A stretch of DNA of 64,000 nucleotides. Source: Candidatus Binatia bacterium. GTDB taxonomy: Bacteria; Desulfobacterota; Binatia; Bin18. Location of the stretch: the NCBI GenBank assembly GCA_963664395.2, contig OY761159.2:1312001-1376000 (forward strand), read 5' to 3'. The notes under the pieces were generated by a model. The model searched no databases, was not told the DNA's origin, and worked only from the letters and a program-made list of their open reading frames with translations. This document shows, piece by piece, positions 36,386-46,920 of the stretch. The position numbers were made by a program, and so were the translations under genes. The stretch's first letter is position 1. The number at the start of each line of letters is the position of its first letter.

Positions 36386-38577
36386 ATGTCCGCCCACGCC
36401 GCCTTCAAACTCGTCTCGGACTTTCAGCCCCAGGGTGACCAGCCCCAGGCGATTGATCAACTCACCCAAGGCTTGCAAAACGGTCTGGATCGGCAGGTTT
36501 TGCTGGGCGTCACCGGCTCGGGCAAAACCTTTTCCATGGCGCATGTCATTGCGCGGCTGCTAGGTCGTTAACCGGCCGGCACTGGTGATGGCGCCCAATA
36601 AAACGCTGGCAGCCCAGCTCTACAGCGAATTCAAAGAACTCTTCCCTGAAAATGCGGTGCGCTACTTCGTCAGTTATTACGATTACTACCAACCCAACAG
36701 AGATTAAAGGCTACGAACGCCTACGTCCCCCAGAGCGATACCTATGTGGAGAAAGACGCCTCGATTAACGAAGAAATCGATAAGATGCGCCACTCCGCGA
36801 CCAAGGCGCTATTAGAACGGCGCGATACCATTATCGTCGCCAGCCCGGTGTCTCGTGTATCTATGGGCTCGGGTCGCCCGAATCATATTTCGACCTCATC
36901 CTCTTTGTCGAAGAGAGCAGCGAAGTGAACCGCGACGCGCTGCTCCGCAAGCTGGTCGATATTCAGTACCAGCGCAACGACTTTGACTTTCATCGCGGCA
37001 CGTTTCGGGTACGGGGCGATGTGGTCGAGGTCTTTCCTGCCTATGAAGAGAGCCGGGCGATTCGGATTGAATTCTTTGGCGATACGGTTGAGGCGATTGC
37101 CGAGATCGATCCGCGCAGAGGCAAGGTCCTGCGGCGGCTGGATAAAATTGCTATCTATCCGGCAAGCCATTATGTCACCACCTCCAGCCGGCTGAAGCGC
37201 GCCACGCAGGCCATCCAAGAGGAACTGACCGAACGGCTCACAGAGCTGCAAAAGGAAGACAAGCTCGTTGAAAGCCAGCGCTTGGAGCAACGCACCCGGT
37301 ACGATTTAGCCCTCTTACGAGAAATGGGCTTTTGTCCGGGTATCGAGAATTACTCGCGTCATCTGGATGGCCGACAACCAGGCGAACCGCCCCATACGCT
37401 GCTCAACTATTTTCCTGACGACTACCTCGTCTTCATTGATGAAAGCCATGTCACCGTTCCTCAGATTGGCGGCATGTACCGCGGCGACCGCTCGCGCAAG
37501 ACCACCCTGGTGGAGTATGGTTTTCGTCTGCCCTCCGCGCTGGATAACCGCCCCCTCAGCTTTCATGAATTCGAGCACCGCGCCGGCCAGACCGTGTATG
37601 TCTCAGCCACGCCGGGTGACTATGAACGCGAGCAGGGCAAAGGCCGCATTGTTGAACAGCTCATTCGTCCCACCGGCCTGCTGGACCCCGAAATTGCGGT
37701 CCGGCCAGCCGGAGAACAGGTGGATGATCTCCTGGAAGAAATTCGGCTGCGGAGTGAAAAAGGCGAGCGCGTGCTCGTAACCACACTGACCAAACGGTTG
37801 GCTGAAGACCTGACCGATTACTATCAGGAAATAGGCATTCGGGTGCGCTATCTCCACTCGGATATCGACACCCTTGAGCGCGTAGAAATCATTCGCGCCC
37901 TACGCCAAGGCAGCTTCGATGTCCTGATTGGCATTAACCTGCTGCGCGAGGGACTCGATATTCCTGAGGTGTCTCTGGTGGCCATTCTCGATGCGGACAA
38001 AGAGGGCTATCTGCGCTCTGAGCGTTCACTGATCCAAACCATTGGCCGCGCCGCTCGAAATATCAATGGGACCGTCCTGCTCTACGCAGATAAAATAACC
38101 AATTCGATGCAGCGGGCCATCGATGAAACCCTCCGGCGGCGGCGTCTCCAATCCAAGTATAATAAGAAGCACGGCATCACACCTGAAAGTATCCGCAAAG
38201 CCCTGTCTTCGCCACTCGTGACGGTCTATGAAGCCGACCATGTGACGGTTCCCATCGTTTCTGAAGACAGCGCAGACTATAGCGCAGTCCGCGACCTGCC
38301 CAGGCTGATTGAACAGACCCGCAGGGAAATGAAGGCGGCGGCGGCGGCGCTGGACTTTGAACAGGCCGCAGAACGCCGGGATCGCTTACAAAATTTGGAA
38401 CGGCGTGCCCTGGGTTTGCCTGGTGAAGCAGCCGTCTCTCCAGTAGGGATAGGTTTGAAACCCGCCCCTACTGCGCCAGGCACGAAACCGGCCACAAGAG
38501 GCCGCAAGAAAAAGACCCCTTCACAGAACTCAAGCAAAGCCCTGTCCCGAGGCCGCCGCGCGCGCTGGCGGGGTTGA
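36386..38577 (+). CDS. uvrB: Excinuclease ABC subunit B, 5' part disrupted by several small insertions
   Basis: [40 protein letters not shown] and C-terminal UVR domain; extra bases near 36557, 36696 and 36845. Confidence 0.93.
38443..38471. repeat. REP-like GTAG palindrome inside the uvrB 3' extension
   Basis: GTAGGGATAGGTTTGAAACCCGCCCCTAC. Confidence 0.8.
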
Positions 38578-38736
38578 AAGGCTGAGTGGAGTCGGCTGGC
38601 GCTACGCGGGCTCGACCTACAGGACTCTTCCCCTGCTTTCCGCTAGGGGGGCTCCCGCGTAGGATGTCAGGGTACTTCCACTCCGCTCGCAAACTGCTAA
38701 AAGCGGACAGCCAGACGGAACGGTCAAGGAACAGCC

Positions 38737-39384
38737 ATGTCACAAGACCGAAAAGACCCCACCGAACACACGGACGAGATTGCCCACGCTCGCGCCATTC
38801 TCAATGTAGAAGCAGAGGCCGTACGTGCTATTCATCTCAACAACGATTTTCTTCGAGCACTGGATATCCTGGAGCACTGTACCGGCAAAGTTATTCTCAC
38901 CGGCATGGGAAAAGTCGGTATTATTGCCATGAAGATTGCGACCACGCTTTCCTCAACCGGCACCCCGGCCTGTTTTCTGCATCCCGGAGAAGCGGCTCAC
39001 GGCGACCTTGGACTGATCGGCAAAAACGATGTCATCATCACGTTTTCCAACAGTGGCAAAACGCGCGAGGTTTTGGAAACCATAGATCGAGCAAAACAGT
39101 TGTACGACGTACCGCTGATAGCCGTGACCGGTCATCCGCGCTCGCCCATTGCCCGTAAAAGCGACCTGGTTCTCAGTGTTGGTGCCATTAAAGAACCCTG
39201 CCCGATCGGCCTGACTCCCTCAGCTAGTACCACAGCCATACTCGCCTTGGGCGATGCCTTGACCCTCGTCCTCATGACCCGCAAACGCTTTACCAAGGCC
39301 GATTACGCCAAATTCCACCACGGCGGATATTTGGGTCAACGCGCCCGCAAAGAAGCAGAAGAAGAACTGACCGCCAGAACGTAA
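38737..39384 (+). CDS. kdsD: KpsF/GutQ-type arabinose-5-phosphate isomerase, SIS domain only (no CBS pair)
   Basis: TGMGK, STGTPA, HPGEAAHGDLG, SNSG, TPSASTT, FHHGGYLG. Confidence 0.8.
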   Translation: MSQDRKDPTEHTDEIAHARAILNVEAEAVRAIHLNNDFLRALDILEHCTGKVILTGMGKVGIIAMKIATTLSSTGTPACFLHPGEAAHGDLGLIGKNDVIITFSNSGKTREVLETIDRAKQLYDVPLIAVTGHPRSPIARKSDLVLSVGAIKEPCPIGLTPSASTTAILALGDALTLVLMTRKRFTKADYAKFHHGGYLGQRARKEAEEELTART

Positions 39385-39396
39385 AGCCCAAAAGCA

Positions 39397-39696
39397 TTGA
39401 TCCACCTACTGACCGAGCGGTTGGGGCTGGTCAATGAGGTTGTTCCGCGTGACCAGCTCGAAGCAGAAACCATGAAACTCGCCCAACGCATTGCCCTGCA
39501 GGACGCCTATGCGCTGCGGATTGCTAAATTCTCGATGAACCAGATGCAAGACGAAGCCGGCTTTCGGACCGGCGTCACCGGCGCGTTTCAATCGTATGCA
39601 CTCACGCGCATGTATCGTCTGGAAAAAGGCGAAGACACATTTGCGGGGCCGAAGCGTGCCAAGGAACGCGACGCGGCGTTTGGGGATAATCGCTAA
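39397..39696 (+). pseudogene. C-terminal fragment of an enoyl-CoA hydratase/crotonase
   Basis: ERLGLVNEVVPRDQL..LAQRIA..ALRIAK; the catalytic N-terminal two-thirds are absent. Confidence 0.7.
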
Positions 39697-39699
39697 GTG

Positions 39700-40644
39700 C
39701 TACTCCAAACGAAAGCAGGGAAACAGCTCAGCCGCAAGGTGGCGCAATTGATCCATGGTCGCGGCCGCGGGTACAGCCGGAAGAAGCGTGATATGCCGTG
39801 CCCCGGCGTCAATATAGCGCTGTAGCGTGGCGGCGCACTCCGAAGCCGGACCGAGCGCGCTGTACTTATCAATAATCGTATCAAAGGATTGGTTGTACTC
39901 GGTTGACAGCGTGCGCACAGCGTTGGCTCTCGCTTCTTCGTAGGTCGGGGCGATGCAGAAATAGAGGACAACGCCTCCAGTAAACGTGGTACGCGACGCT
40001 TCGTCGCGTTGCTGCCAGTGCTCCAGCGCCTTGTCCAAACTCGTACGAAAACGCTCTGGCGTTACAAAATACGCGAGCCAGCCGTCCCCATACGTCCCGG
40101 CCCGCTTCAACGCGGCATCAACTCGGCCACCGACCCAGATAGGCGGATGCGGTTGCTGAAGTGGACGCGGGGCCATATTGGCATTCTCAAATTGCAGGAA
40201 CTGTCCATCAATCGTCGCCGAAGGATCGGTCCAGAGCGCCTTAATCACCCGCAGCCCTTCAGTGGCACGCCGGCCCCGTTCTCGTAACGCAATGCCGCAG
40301 GCTTCATATTCTTTTTGAAACTCGCCTCCAACACCAACGCCTAGAATGGATCGCCCACCGGACAGCCAATCCAATGTGCCTATCATTTTGGCGACCAGGG
40401 TCGGATTCCGTAACGGCAGGAGCAGCACCCCGGTGCCGAGTTTGATTGTTGTCGTACGCGCGGCAAACGCCCCCAGCATGGTAAACGGGTCAAGCACCGG
40501 GCTGTGCCAGAGCACATGGTCGCGGTAGAAAAGAATGTCATAGCCAAGCTGTTCGATTTCCTCGGCCCAACGACACAGCGTCGGTCCGGAAACCAGCCCG
40601 CCCCCAAACCCGCCTAAGGTTGTCCCGAATGTGACCTGGCTCAT
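39700..40644 (-). CDS. LLM-class flavin-dependent oxidoreductase
   Basis: DPFTML, LGTGVLLLPLRNP, GVGVGG, PPIWVGG. Confidence 0.9.
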   Translation of the reverse strand: MSQVTFGTTLGGFGGGLVSGPTLCRWAEEIEQLGYDILFYRDHVLWHSPVLDPFTMLGAFAARTTTIKLGTGVLLLPLRNPTLVAKMIGTLDWLSGGRSILGVGVGGEFQKEYEACGIALRERGRRATEGLRVIKALWTDPSATIDGQFLQFENANMAPRPLQQPHPPIWVGGRVDAALKRAGTYGDGWLAYFVTPERFRTSLDKALEHWQQRDEASRTTFTGGVVLYFCIAPTYEEARANAVRTLSTEYNQSFDTIIDKYSALGPASECAATLQRYIDAGARHITLLPAVPAAATMDQLRHLAAELFPCFRLE

Positions 40645-40659
40645 CTTCCGTATCCTTGA

Positions 40660-41532
40660 CTAGCCGTGTTTGACCACGACTTCGTCGGCAAAACGCTCCA
40701 TGGCGGTGGTGACATCGCCAGCCCGTAGGGCGTGCATGTTGACCAAGAGACGCTGGACGCCGAGGTCTTCGTACACCGCGAGACTGGCCAGCCCTTCACC
40801 GGAGTAGTTCCAGTACGCGGTGATTTCGAGTTCCTGTCTGTCACGGCCCTGTCGGTCACACTCTTCTGCCAGCGCCTGCATATGTGCCCGGTAGTCGTCC
40901 AGGTCTTTGCCAATCACATACCAGCCGTCGCCATATTTGACCGTGCGCCGGATGGCAGATGCCGTCACACCCCCAATGACCAGCGGCACTCCACCCGCCT
41001 GCACGGGTTTGGGGTGCATGCTAAAGCCCTGCCAGTTGACAAACTCGCCGCGGAAATCGATCTCCTCACCGGTCCAGACTGCCTTGAGCGCTTCGAGATA
41101 TTCGTTGGCCCGTTTTCCCCGTCGCTCGAATGGAACGCCGATAGCGGCAAACTCCTCACGCAGCCAGCCTATGCCCAGGCCGAGCATCAGTCGTCCTTGG
41201 GACAGATGATCAATCGACGCGGCCCATTTGGCCAAATAGAGCGGGCTCATCTGGGGCAGGATGTTGACTCCGGTACCCAGCCGAAGCGTGTTGGTTGCCG
41301 AGGCTATAAAGGTTAATGCAACCAAAGGGTCGATAATCGGTGCGTCAGGTTTGAACGGCAGTTTTCCGTCCGGGTTGTAGGGATACACAGAGTCATAGCG
41401 CTTGGGAATGATCACATGCTCCGCTGTCCAAACGGACTCATACCCGAGCGCTTCCGCTTTTTGGACAAACGGAATCAGCATGTCCGGGTATGTGAATTCA
41501 CGCAGGTTAATCGGGACGATACCGAATTTCAT
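40660..41532 (-). CDS. LLM-class (probably F420-dependent) oxidoreductase
   Basis: GYESVWTAEHV, DPLVAL, GLGIGWLREEF, PKPVQ. Confidence 0.9.
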   Translation of the reverse strand: MKFGIVPINLREFTYPDMLIPFVQKAEALGYESVWTAEHVIIPKRYDSVYPYNPDGKLPFKPDAPIIDPLVALTFIASATNTLRLGTGVNILPQMSPLYLAKWAASIDHLSQGRLMLGLGIGWLREEFAAIGVPFERRGKRANEYLEALKAVWTGEEIDFRGEFVNWQGFSMHPKPVQAGGVPLVIGGVTASAIRRTVKYGDGWYVIGKDLDDYRAHMQALAEECDRQGRDRQELEITAYWNYSGEGLASLAVYEDLGVQRLLVNMHALRAGDVTTAMERFADEVVVKHG

Positions 41533-41708
41533 ACCTTACTCCTTCCGAGGGAAGAGCCGTCCAGGTGTTTTCAGGAGTCTACGCCCGACCAGGAGGCTCG
41601 AAGGCGGCGGGTAAGACTATAGCCGCCCGATTTCCTCATCATGCCTGCCGTTTGGGTGCTTTTCCTGAAGGGAATCAAGGTCGGCTCAGAGACTATTCGA
41701 CTCGTTGC

Positions 41709-42635
41709 TTACATCATTCCCGTGTTCCCAGCGACAGTCCGGCTGCCGGCACCCTCTTCCATCTGCTGCACGGCAAAGATGGAACGGTAGCCGGCGGACC
41801 AGTCGGGCGGCATGAGGCACGGGCGCGGGTCGAAATCGATCCACTTCGCGGCCTCGCCACGGATAATTTGATTCGAGAGCGGGAACCGGTCTGTCAGGTT
41901 TGTGAGCGTAATGGCATCGGCCGCCGCGTACGTCTGGAGGAGGAGGGGCCGCATGCGCGGCGAGTGATTGGGCATCGACCCGTGGACCATACGGCAGTTA
42001 TGGACGGTCACAGAGCCTCTCGGGCCTTTCAGCCACACGGCATTCTGTGTGCCAACGCGGGCCACATCCCGGCCGTTGAGGGCGCCGGTCCACTCATTGT
42101 TCTCGTTGTACAGATCAAAGAGCGGTCCCTTATGGCTTTCAGGAATCACCCCCATCGGCCCCATCTCCTCGTCCACATCGCTCAGGTAGACGCCAATCGT
42201 GAGGGGTGAATAATTGGTGTGCGGCCAGTACTGAATATCCTGATGCCACTTCACCTCTTCGCCCCCAGCCGACCATTTGAAGTTGAGCTTTGAGTGGTGG
42301 TATTTCACGTTCGGACCGAGCAGGTCTTGGGCGAGGTCGGCCAGCGGTCCTTCAAACGTAAACTCGCGATAGACCGGATGCGTATCGACCGGGCTAAGGA
42401 GACGCCGCAGGCGGGGATTGCTCGGGGTATGACTCGGTTCCACGTCAAAGAGTTTTTTGGACGGGGTTGCTACCCTGCTCTGCTCAATGAACTCGTTGGT
42501 CGTTGCCCAGAGGGTATCCAGCCAGTCATCAGAGATGAATTTCTCCAACAGCAGATATCCCTGATCGAAATAAAACTCACGCTGCTCTTGGGTGAGGACC
42601 TTTGGGCTATGGGCGAGGATCTCTTCCGTTTTCAT
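41709..42635 (-). CDS. Phytanoyl-CoA dioxygenase family protein
   Basis: KLNFK, WHQD, HNCRMVHGS..N.S..R. Confidence 0.9.
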   Translation of the reverse strand: MKTEEILAHSPKVLTQEQREFYFDQGYLLLEKFISDDWLDTLWATTNEFIEQSRVATPSKKLFDVEPSHTPSNPRLRRLLSPVDTHPVYREFTFEGPLADLAQDLLGPNVKYHHSKLNFKWSAGGEEVKWHQDIQYWPHTNYSPLTIGVYLSDVDEEMGPMGVIPESHKGPLFDLYNENNEWTGALNGRDVARVGTQNAVWLKGPRGSVTVHNCRMVHGSMPNHSPRMRPLLLQTYAAADAITLTNLTDRFPLSNQIIRGEAAKWIDFDPRPCLMPPDWSAGYRSIFAVQQMEEGAGSRTVAGNTGMM

Positions 42636-42670
42636 AGTGTCTCCCTCTGTTGTGGACAGGCCGAAGCATA

Positions 42671-43792
42671 TCAATCGCCAAAGCTGGTCCCGACCAGACG
42701 AGCCGATTCAACGAGGGGATGATCCGGGGAGACCAGTTTCTTTTTCCCAGCTATTTCTTCCAAGGGTACGGGGCGGATTTTCTGGTCCTGCACGGCCAGC
42801 ATAAAGCCGTCACGGCCTTCTTGCAGAAACTGCGCACAGCGCGTGCCCAGCCAGGTGGCGAGGACACGGTCTGTGGCTGAGGGTGTCCCACCGCGTTGGA
42901 GATGACCAAGAATGGTCAGGCGCGATTCCTGGCCCGTGAGACGTTCCAGCTCTTCAGTCAGATGAATCGTATGTCCGATGTGGGCTTTATGGAATTTTTC
43001 GAGCTTGCCGGAAGCCTTTTCTTTTTCATCTTTGTCTTTCGCATTCCTTTTTTGGGAGACGAGCGCCTCAACCTTTTCTGCAGCGCTTATGGACATCGCA
43101 CCTTCTGCGACCACAACAATACTAAAATGTTTCCCCTGTCGGGTGCGATCTCGAATCGTTTGTGCAACACGTTCAACCTTATAGGGAATTTCCGGGATAA
43201 GAATGACATCCGCCCCACCAGCCGTCCCGGCCTGGAGGGCGAGCCAGCCCGCCCTATGGCCCATGACCTCGACTACGATAATGCGGTCGTGACTGGTCGC
43301 GGTTGAATGCAGGCGGTCTAGGGCTTCGGTCGCAGTGTCCACAGCAGTGTTGAACCCGAAGGTCACATCGGTCTTGGCAATATCGTTGTCAATTGTTTTC
43401 GGCAGGGTGATGATACTCAAACCGGCCTTTTTGAGACGCAACGCATTTTTCTGCGTGCCGCCTCCGCCCAGACACACCAGCGCATCCAAATGATGCCGGC
43501 GGTAGGTATCAACAATCGCATCCGTCATGTCATGGATTTTGCCACCAATGGACATCCGGTGCGGTTTGTCTCTGCTCGTGCCGAGAATGGTTCCTCCGTC
43601 GGTGAGAATACCCGAGAACGCTTTACTGTCTAACTCCAGTGTCTGGTTCTGAACCAGGCCGCGAAAACCATTTTGAAAACCGATCAGCCGAATATCATAC
43701 GCATCCAGGCAGGCCTTGCCGATTGCGCGAATTGCGGCATTCAGCCCTGGACAATCACCGCCGCTGGTTAAAATTCCTACGTATTGCGCCAT
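42671..43792 (-). CDS. pfkA: 6-phosphofructokinase (group III-like)
   Basis: [43 protein letters not shown]. Confidence 0.93.
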   Translation of the reverse strand: MAQYVGILTSGGDCPGLNAAIRAIGKACLDAYDIRLIGFQNGFRGLVQNQTLELDSKAFSGILTDGGTILGTSRDKPHRMSIGGKIHDMTDAIVDTYRRHHLDALVCLGGGGTQKNALRLKKAGLSIITLPKTIDNDIAKTDVTFGFNTAVDTATEALDRLHSTATSHDRIIVVEVMGHRAGWLALQAGTAGGADVILIPEIPYKVERVAQTIRDRTRQGKHFSIVVVAEGAMSISAAEKVEALVSQKRNAKDKDEKEKASGKLEKFHKAHIGHTIHLTEELERLTGQESRLTILGHLQRGGTPSATDRVLATWLGTRCAQFLQEGRDGFMLAVQDQKIRPVPLEEIAGKKKLVSPDHPLVESARLVGTSFGD

Positions 43793-43947
43793 GCCTGTGT
43801 GCCTCTATTATGGTCTACGTCTACTCGATATCGAGAGCGAGTCAAAAAATCCAGTCTATACAAGAGAATGCAACGGACGGTAGCCGACCGTGAAGGCGAA
43901 AACAAGTTGGCCGCGGCATACAAACGCATAATGAGGAGGGCAAACGC

Positions 43948-44352
43948 ATGCAAACAGAAGAAACCCGGGCCTTAATCAAAACCTATTACGAAACGCTGCC
44001 GACCGGAGATCGGAAAAAGCTGGCGTCTCTGTTTACCGAAGACATTGTCTGGTATCCACCCCAGAGTGCGCCGATTGGTGTCATTGAAGGTCCAGAGGCG
44101 GTGGCCGCCGAACTGGGCGGCGATACACCCAAAAAAATGTTCGACATGAAGACCTTCCGCCTGACCATCCATCGTATTCTGGCTGATGGAGATACTGCGG
44201 TTGTTCAGCACGCCATCTCTGCCAAGTCCAAAGAAGGCGAGCAGTACGATAACGAATACTGCTGGGTGTATCAGTGTCGCGACGGCAAAATCGCCAAGAT
44301 CGAAGAGTACGCGGATACGCTCAAGGCCGCCCGGATTTTCAAGTGGGTGTGA
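43948..44352 (+). CDS. SnoaL/NTF2-like protein
   Basis: EDIVW, ADGDTAVV, YDNEYCWV, IEEYADT. Confidence 0.85.
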   Translation: MQTEETRALIKTYYETLPTGDRKKLASLFTEDIVWYPPQSAPIGVIEGPEAVAAELGGDTPKKMFDMKTFRLTIHRILADGDTAVVQHAISAKSKEGEQYDNEYCWVYQCRDGKIAKIEEYADTLKAARIFKWV

Positions 44353-44439
44353 GTGAGAAATATGGGGGGCTCAGACTCGTCCGCCCCCCACAACACGGTA
44401 GATACCTCGTCTCACGGAAGCATATCCGCCATTGAGTGT

Positions 44440-45354
44440 TTACTGGGATTGATCGTCGTCCCCTGGTATCTTTTCGGATTGCTCCTCGTATCCTGGGTCA
44501 GGTCCCCCCGCTGGTTCGACGGTTACTTCGATAGTATCAGCCCCATACTTCTCAGCCAGAAATCTTTCCCGGTAGAGGGAATAGGCGGCGTCACAGACTT
44601 TTGTCGTATAGTGCGCGTTATAACCACCGCCTACGACCGCGCCTACGACCGGAACAAATTGAGCCAACTTCGCTTTGGTAAGACGTATGCCCAGCGCCTT
44701 TGATATTTGTTGGATGATCTTCACAAAGGCGTGCCCCTCAAGAGTCTTCCATGTTTTCTTTTTAGCGGCATCCTGAGCAATTCTTACGAGTTGGGCCATT
44801 GCGATTGCTTTTGCTGCATCATTTGGGCTAGACGCTAAGCCCAATATATTCATGGCGAACAGGCGTTCTTGTTGTAAAGAAACGTCAAAGCCGTAATACG
44901 TGGCATATTCGCCAATCGCACGAAGGTTCAGAGTCACGAGGGCCGGGATGTCAACAGCAATTCCAAGGGCACCGGCAACACCCGTAGCCGCACCCTCTCC
45001 AAGCGCCAAACCCTTGTACTTTGCGGCGAGCCAGCCAACCACTTTATCAACATCCTCTAGGTCGAGAGAGAAAATATCGGGACGTTCATGAATATCATGG
45101 CCGGCGGTACGAAATTCCTTGTAAATAGCCTCCGGTCTTACCGACCACTGAGCAAAGTCATTCAAGACATTAAAAATACCTCCAATGGCTTTTTTGATCA
45201 CAGTTCCTAAGAGGGGGGTTTCCATAATGAAATCCCCAGCTTTATCGAGGGGCCGGTTTATTATTTGCATGGCTCGGCCAAACCAACTGGTTTTTTGAGT
45301 TTTCCACGCGTGAATTTGCTCAAGAGCGCTACGTTCGTAGGCTGACATTGGCAT
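44440..45354 (-). CDS. EcsC family protein
   Basis: EGAATGVAG..DIPAL..YGFD..KLAQFVPVVGAVVGG..YRERFL; visibly more AT-rich than neighbours. Confidence 0.85.
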   Translation of the reverse strand: MPMSAYERSALEQIHAWKTQKTSWFGRAMQIINRPLDKAGDFIMETPLLGTVIKKAIGGIFNVLNDFAQWSVRPEAIYKEFRTAGHDIHERPDIFSLDLEDVDKVVGWLAAKYKGLALGEGAATGVAGALGIAVDIPALVTLNLRAIGEYATYYGFDVSLQQERLFAMNILGLASSPNDAAKAIAMAQLVRIAQDAAKKKTWKTLEGHAFVKIIQQISKALGIRLTKAKLAQFVPVVGAVVGGGYNAHYTTKVCDAAYSLYRERFLAEKYGADTIEVTVEPAGGPDPGYEEQSEKIPGDDDQSQ

Positions 45355-45583
45355 ATTTATTATCCATCTCCTTTTGAAAGATACTCTATGCACTTCAGGC
45401 GCAGAACGATTTGATGAGCAAAGATATAGCTCTTACGGTGTGCAATTCGACGACTGTCAAGCTGACGGGACAAGAATATATAGCCTGCTCTGAAGAAGGT
45501 GCAAGTAAGGTGTGCCTGATTGTCCCGCCTGCCCAGAACCGTTAAAACGACTCCCTACTACCGACACACGAGGGAAGCAAACA

Positions 45584-46052
45584 ATGAGCGAACGACCGTT
45601 TAGGGTGCTGGGGATTCAACAAATCGCCGTGGGTGGGCTGGATAAGAATCCACTGCGGAAGTTTTGGGTCGATACCCTGGGGCTGACCCTGAGCGGCAAT
45701 TATCGCAGTGAGAACGAGAATGTGGATGAGGATATTGCGGTGATTGGCTCGGGACCTCTCAAGCTGGAAGTGGACTTGATGCAGCCTATCGATCCCGAGA
45801 AACGGCCTAAGGTCCAGGACCCGCAGCTGAACCATATTGGTCTGTGGATCGACGATCTGCACGCAGCCGAAAAATGGCTAGCAGAGCAAGGCGTACGCTT
45901 CACGCCGGGCGGCATTCGGAAAGGCGCGTCCGGCTATGATGTGTGTTTCATCCATCCCAAGGGGAACGTGCGTAGAGTTTCCGCTGTGTGGTGAGGGCGT
46001 ATTGATTGAGTTGGTACAGGCTCCGGCTGAGGTAGTTGCGGCGTTGTCGTGA
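45584..46052 (+). CDS. VOC family (methylmalonyl-CoA epimerase/glyoxalase-like) protein, frameshifted near 45968
   Basis: [38 protein letters not shown]; continues [15 protein letters not shown] in another frame. Confidence 0.8.
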
Positions 46053-46111
46053 GAGGGGAAACCCACCCCGGTCCTTCGACAAGCTCAGGACCTCCCCTCC
46101 AAGGAGGGGAT
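46053..46111. repeat. Nested intergenic palindromic repeats
   Basis: GTCCTTCGACAAGCTCAGGAC hairpin embedded in CCCACCCC...CCCCTCCAAGGAGGGGA; the latter recurs as TCCCTCCGAGGAGGGGA at 46831. Confidence 0.55.
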
Positions 46112-46236
46112 TATATACTAAAGTGCCCAATTTCCCCCGCACCTAAAGCCAGAGTAGCGTACTGGCTTTCTGTTTCTCAACTTATAGTCGTGGGAAGTTA
46201 GGCACGAACAATCATTCAAAGGAAGGATTTGGACTG

Positions 46237-46704
46237 ATGCCGATAGCGAAGACAGACTGCCCCCATTGCGGTGCCCCCTTCTACCCACAATGGGAAGCCG
46301 CGGACCTCAAAACAGCCAGCCCAGACCGCACCCAAGGCACCCTTGTGGGTCGGACGTGGACGACAACATGCACGTCTTGCGACAAGGTGATAATCGAATT
46401 TGGAGCTGTGGTAGATAATGTACCGGCGGAGGAATGGGATTCCCAGCAGGTTTTCCCCGTTCCACCAGAAACGGTCATCGAGATCATCATCAAAGTATTC
46501 ATCGATTTGGAGAATATCCGCCGCCGTCAGGAAGGCGCACCCAAAATGACAGACGATGAAGAGGATGCCCAGCGAACATCCTTGCGAGGGTTCTTCAAAG
46601 ACGCTTGGGAAACCGTGAAGACCGGAGGCGACGCGGTGCAGGTTATTGGCAAGTACCTCCCATTCTTCCAGACGTTGCTTGCCCAACTACCGCCGCCTTC
46701 CTGA
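46237..46704 (+). CDS. Hypothetical protein with CxxC..CxxC zinc-ribbon-like N-terminus
   Basis: AAGGAAGG RBS, CPHC and CTSC, amphipathic C-terminus. Confidence 0.6.
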   Translation: MPIAKTDCPHCGAPFYPQWEAADLKTASPDRTQGTLVGRTWTTTCTSCDKVIIEFGAVVDNVPAEEWDSQQVFPVPPETVIEIIIKVFIDLENIRRRQEGAPKMTDDEEDAQRTSLRGFFKDAWETVKTGGDAVQVIGKYLPFFQTLLAQLPPPS

Positions 46705-46865
46705 AGATTATCCCTCTGAAAAAATGTTCATGTCCCCCTCACACAGCATAATAGAATAGTTGAGAGTAGAGAGACTGGGGTGCTACCCTAGTTTTTGGTG
46801 TCAGGGTTTTTGGGTACTATTGTATGCAATTCCCTCCGAGGAGGGGATTTTCCGGGGAATTAGGA

Positions 46866-46892
46866 AGGGCAACCACGGGGGGTTGCCCCTAC
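46866..46892. repeat. Intergenic REP-like palindrome
   Basis: AGGGCAACC-ACGGGG-GGTTGCCCCTAC, ending in CTAC (GTAG on the minus strand). Confidence 0.6.
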
Positions 46893-46920
46893 ACTATGCC
46901 TTCCCCAACTCCCAGATTCT

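Noticed and set aside
36557-36720. Programmed frameshift, intron or IS footprint explanation for the uvrB insertions
   Set aside because: No slippery site, target duplication or terminal repeats; several unrelated indels fit consensus error better
44440-45500. EcsC gene as part of a mobile or defence island
   Set aside because: More AT-rich, but no integrase, transposase, att sites or partner genes
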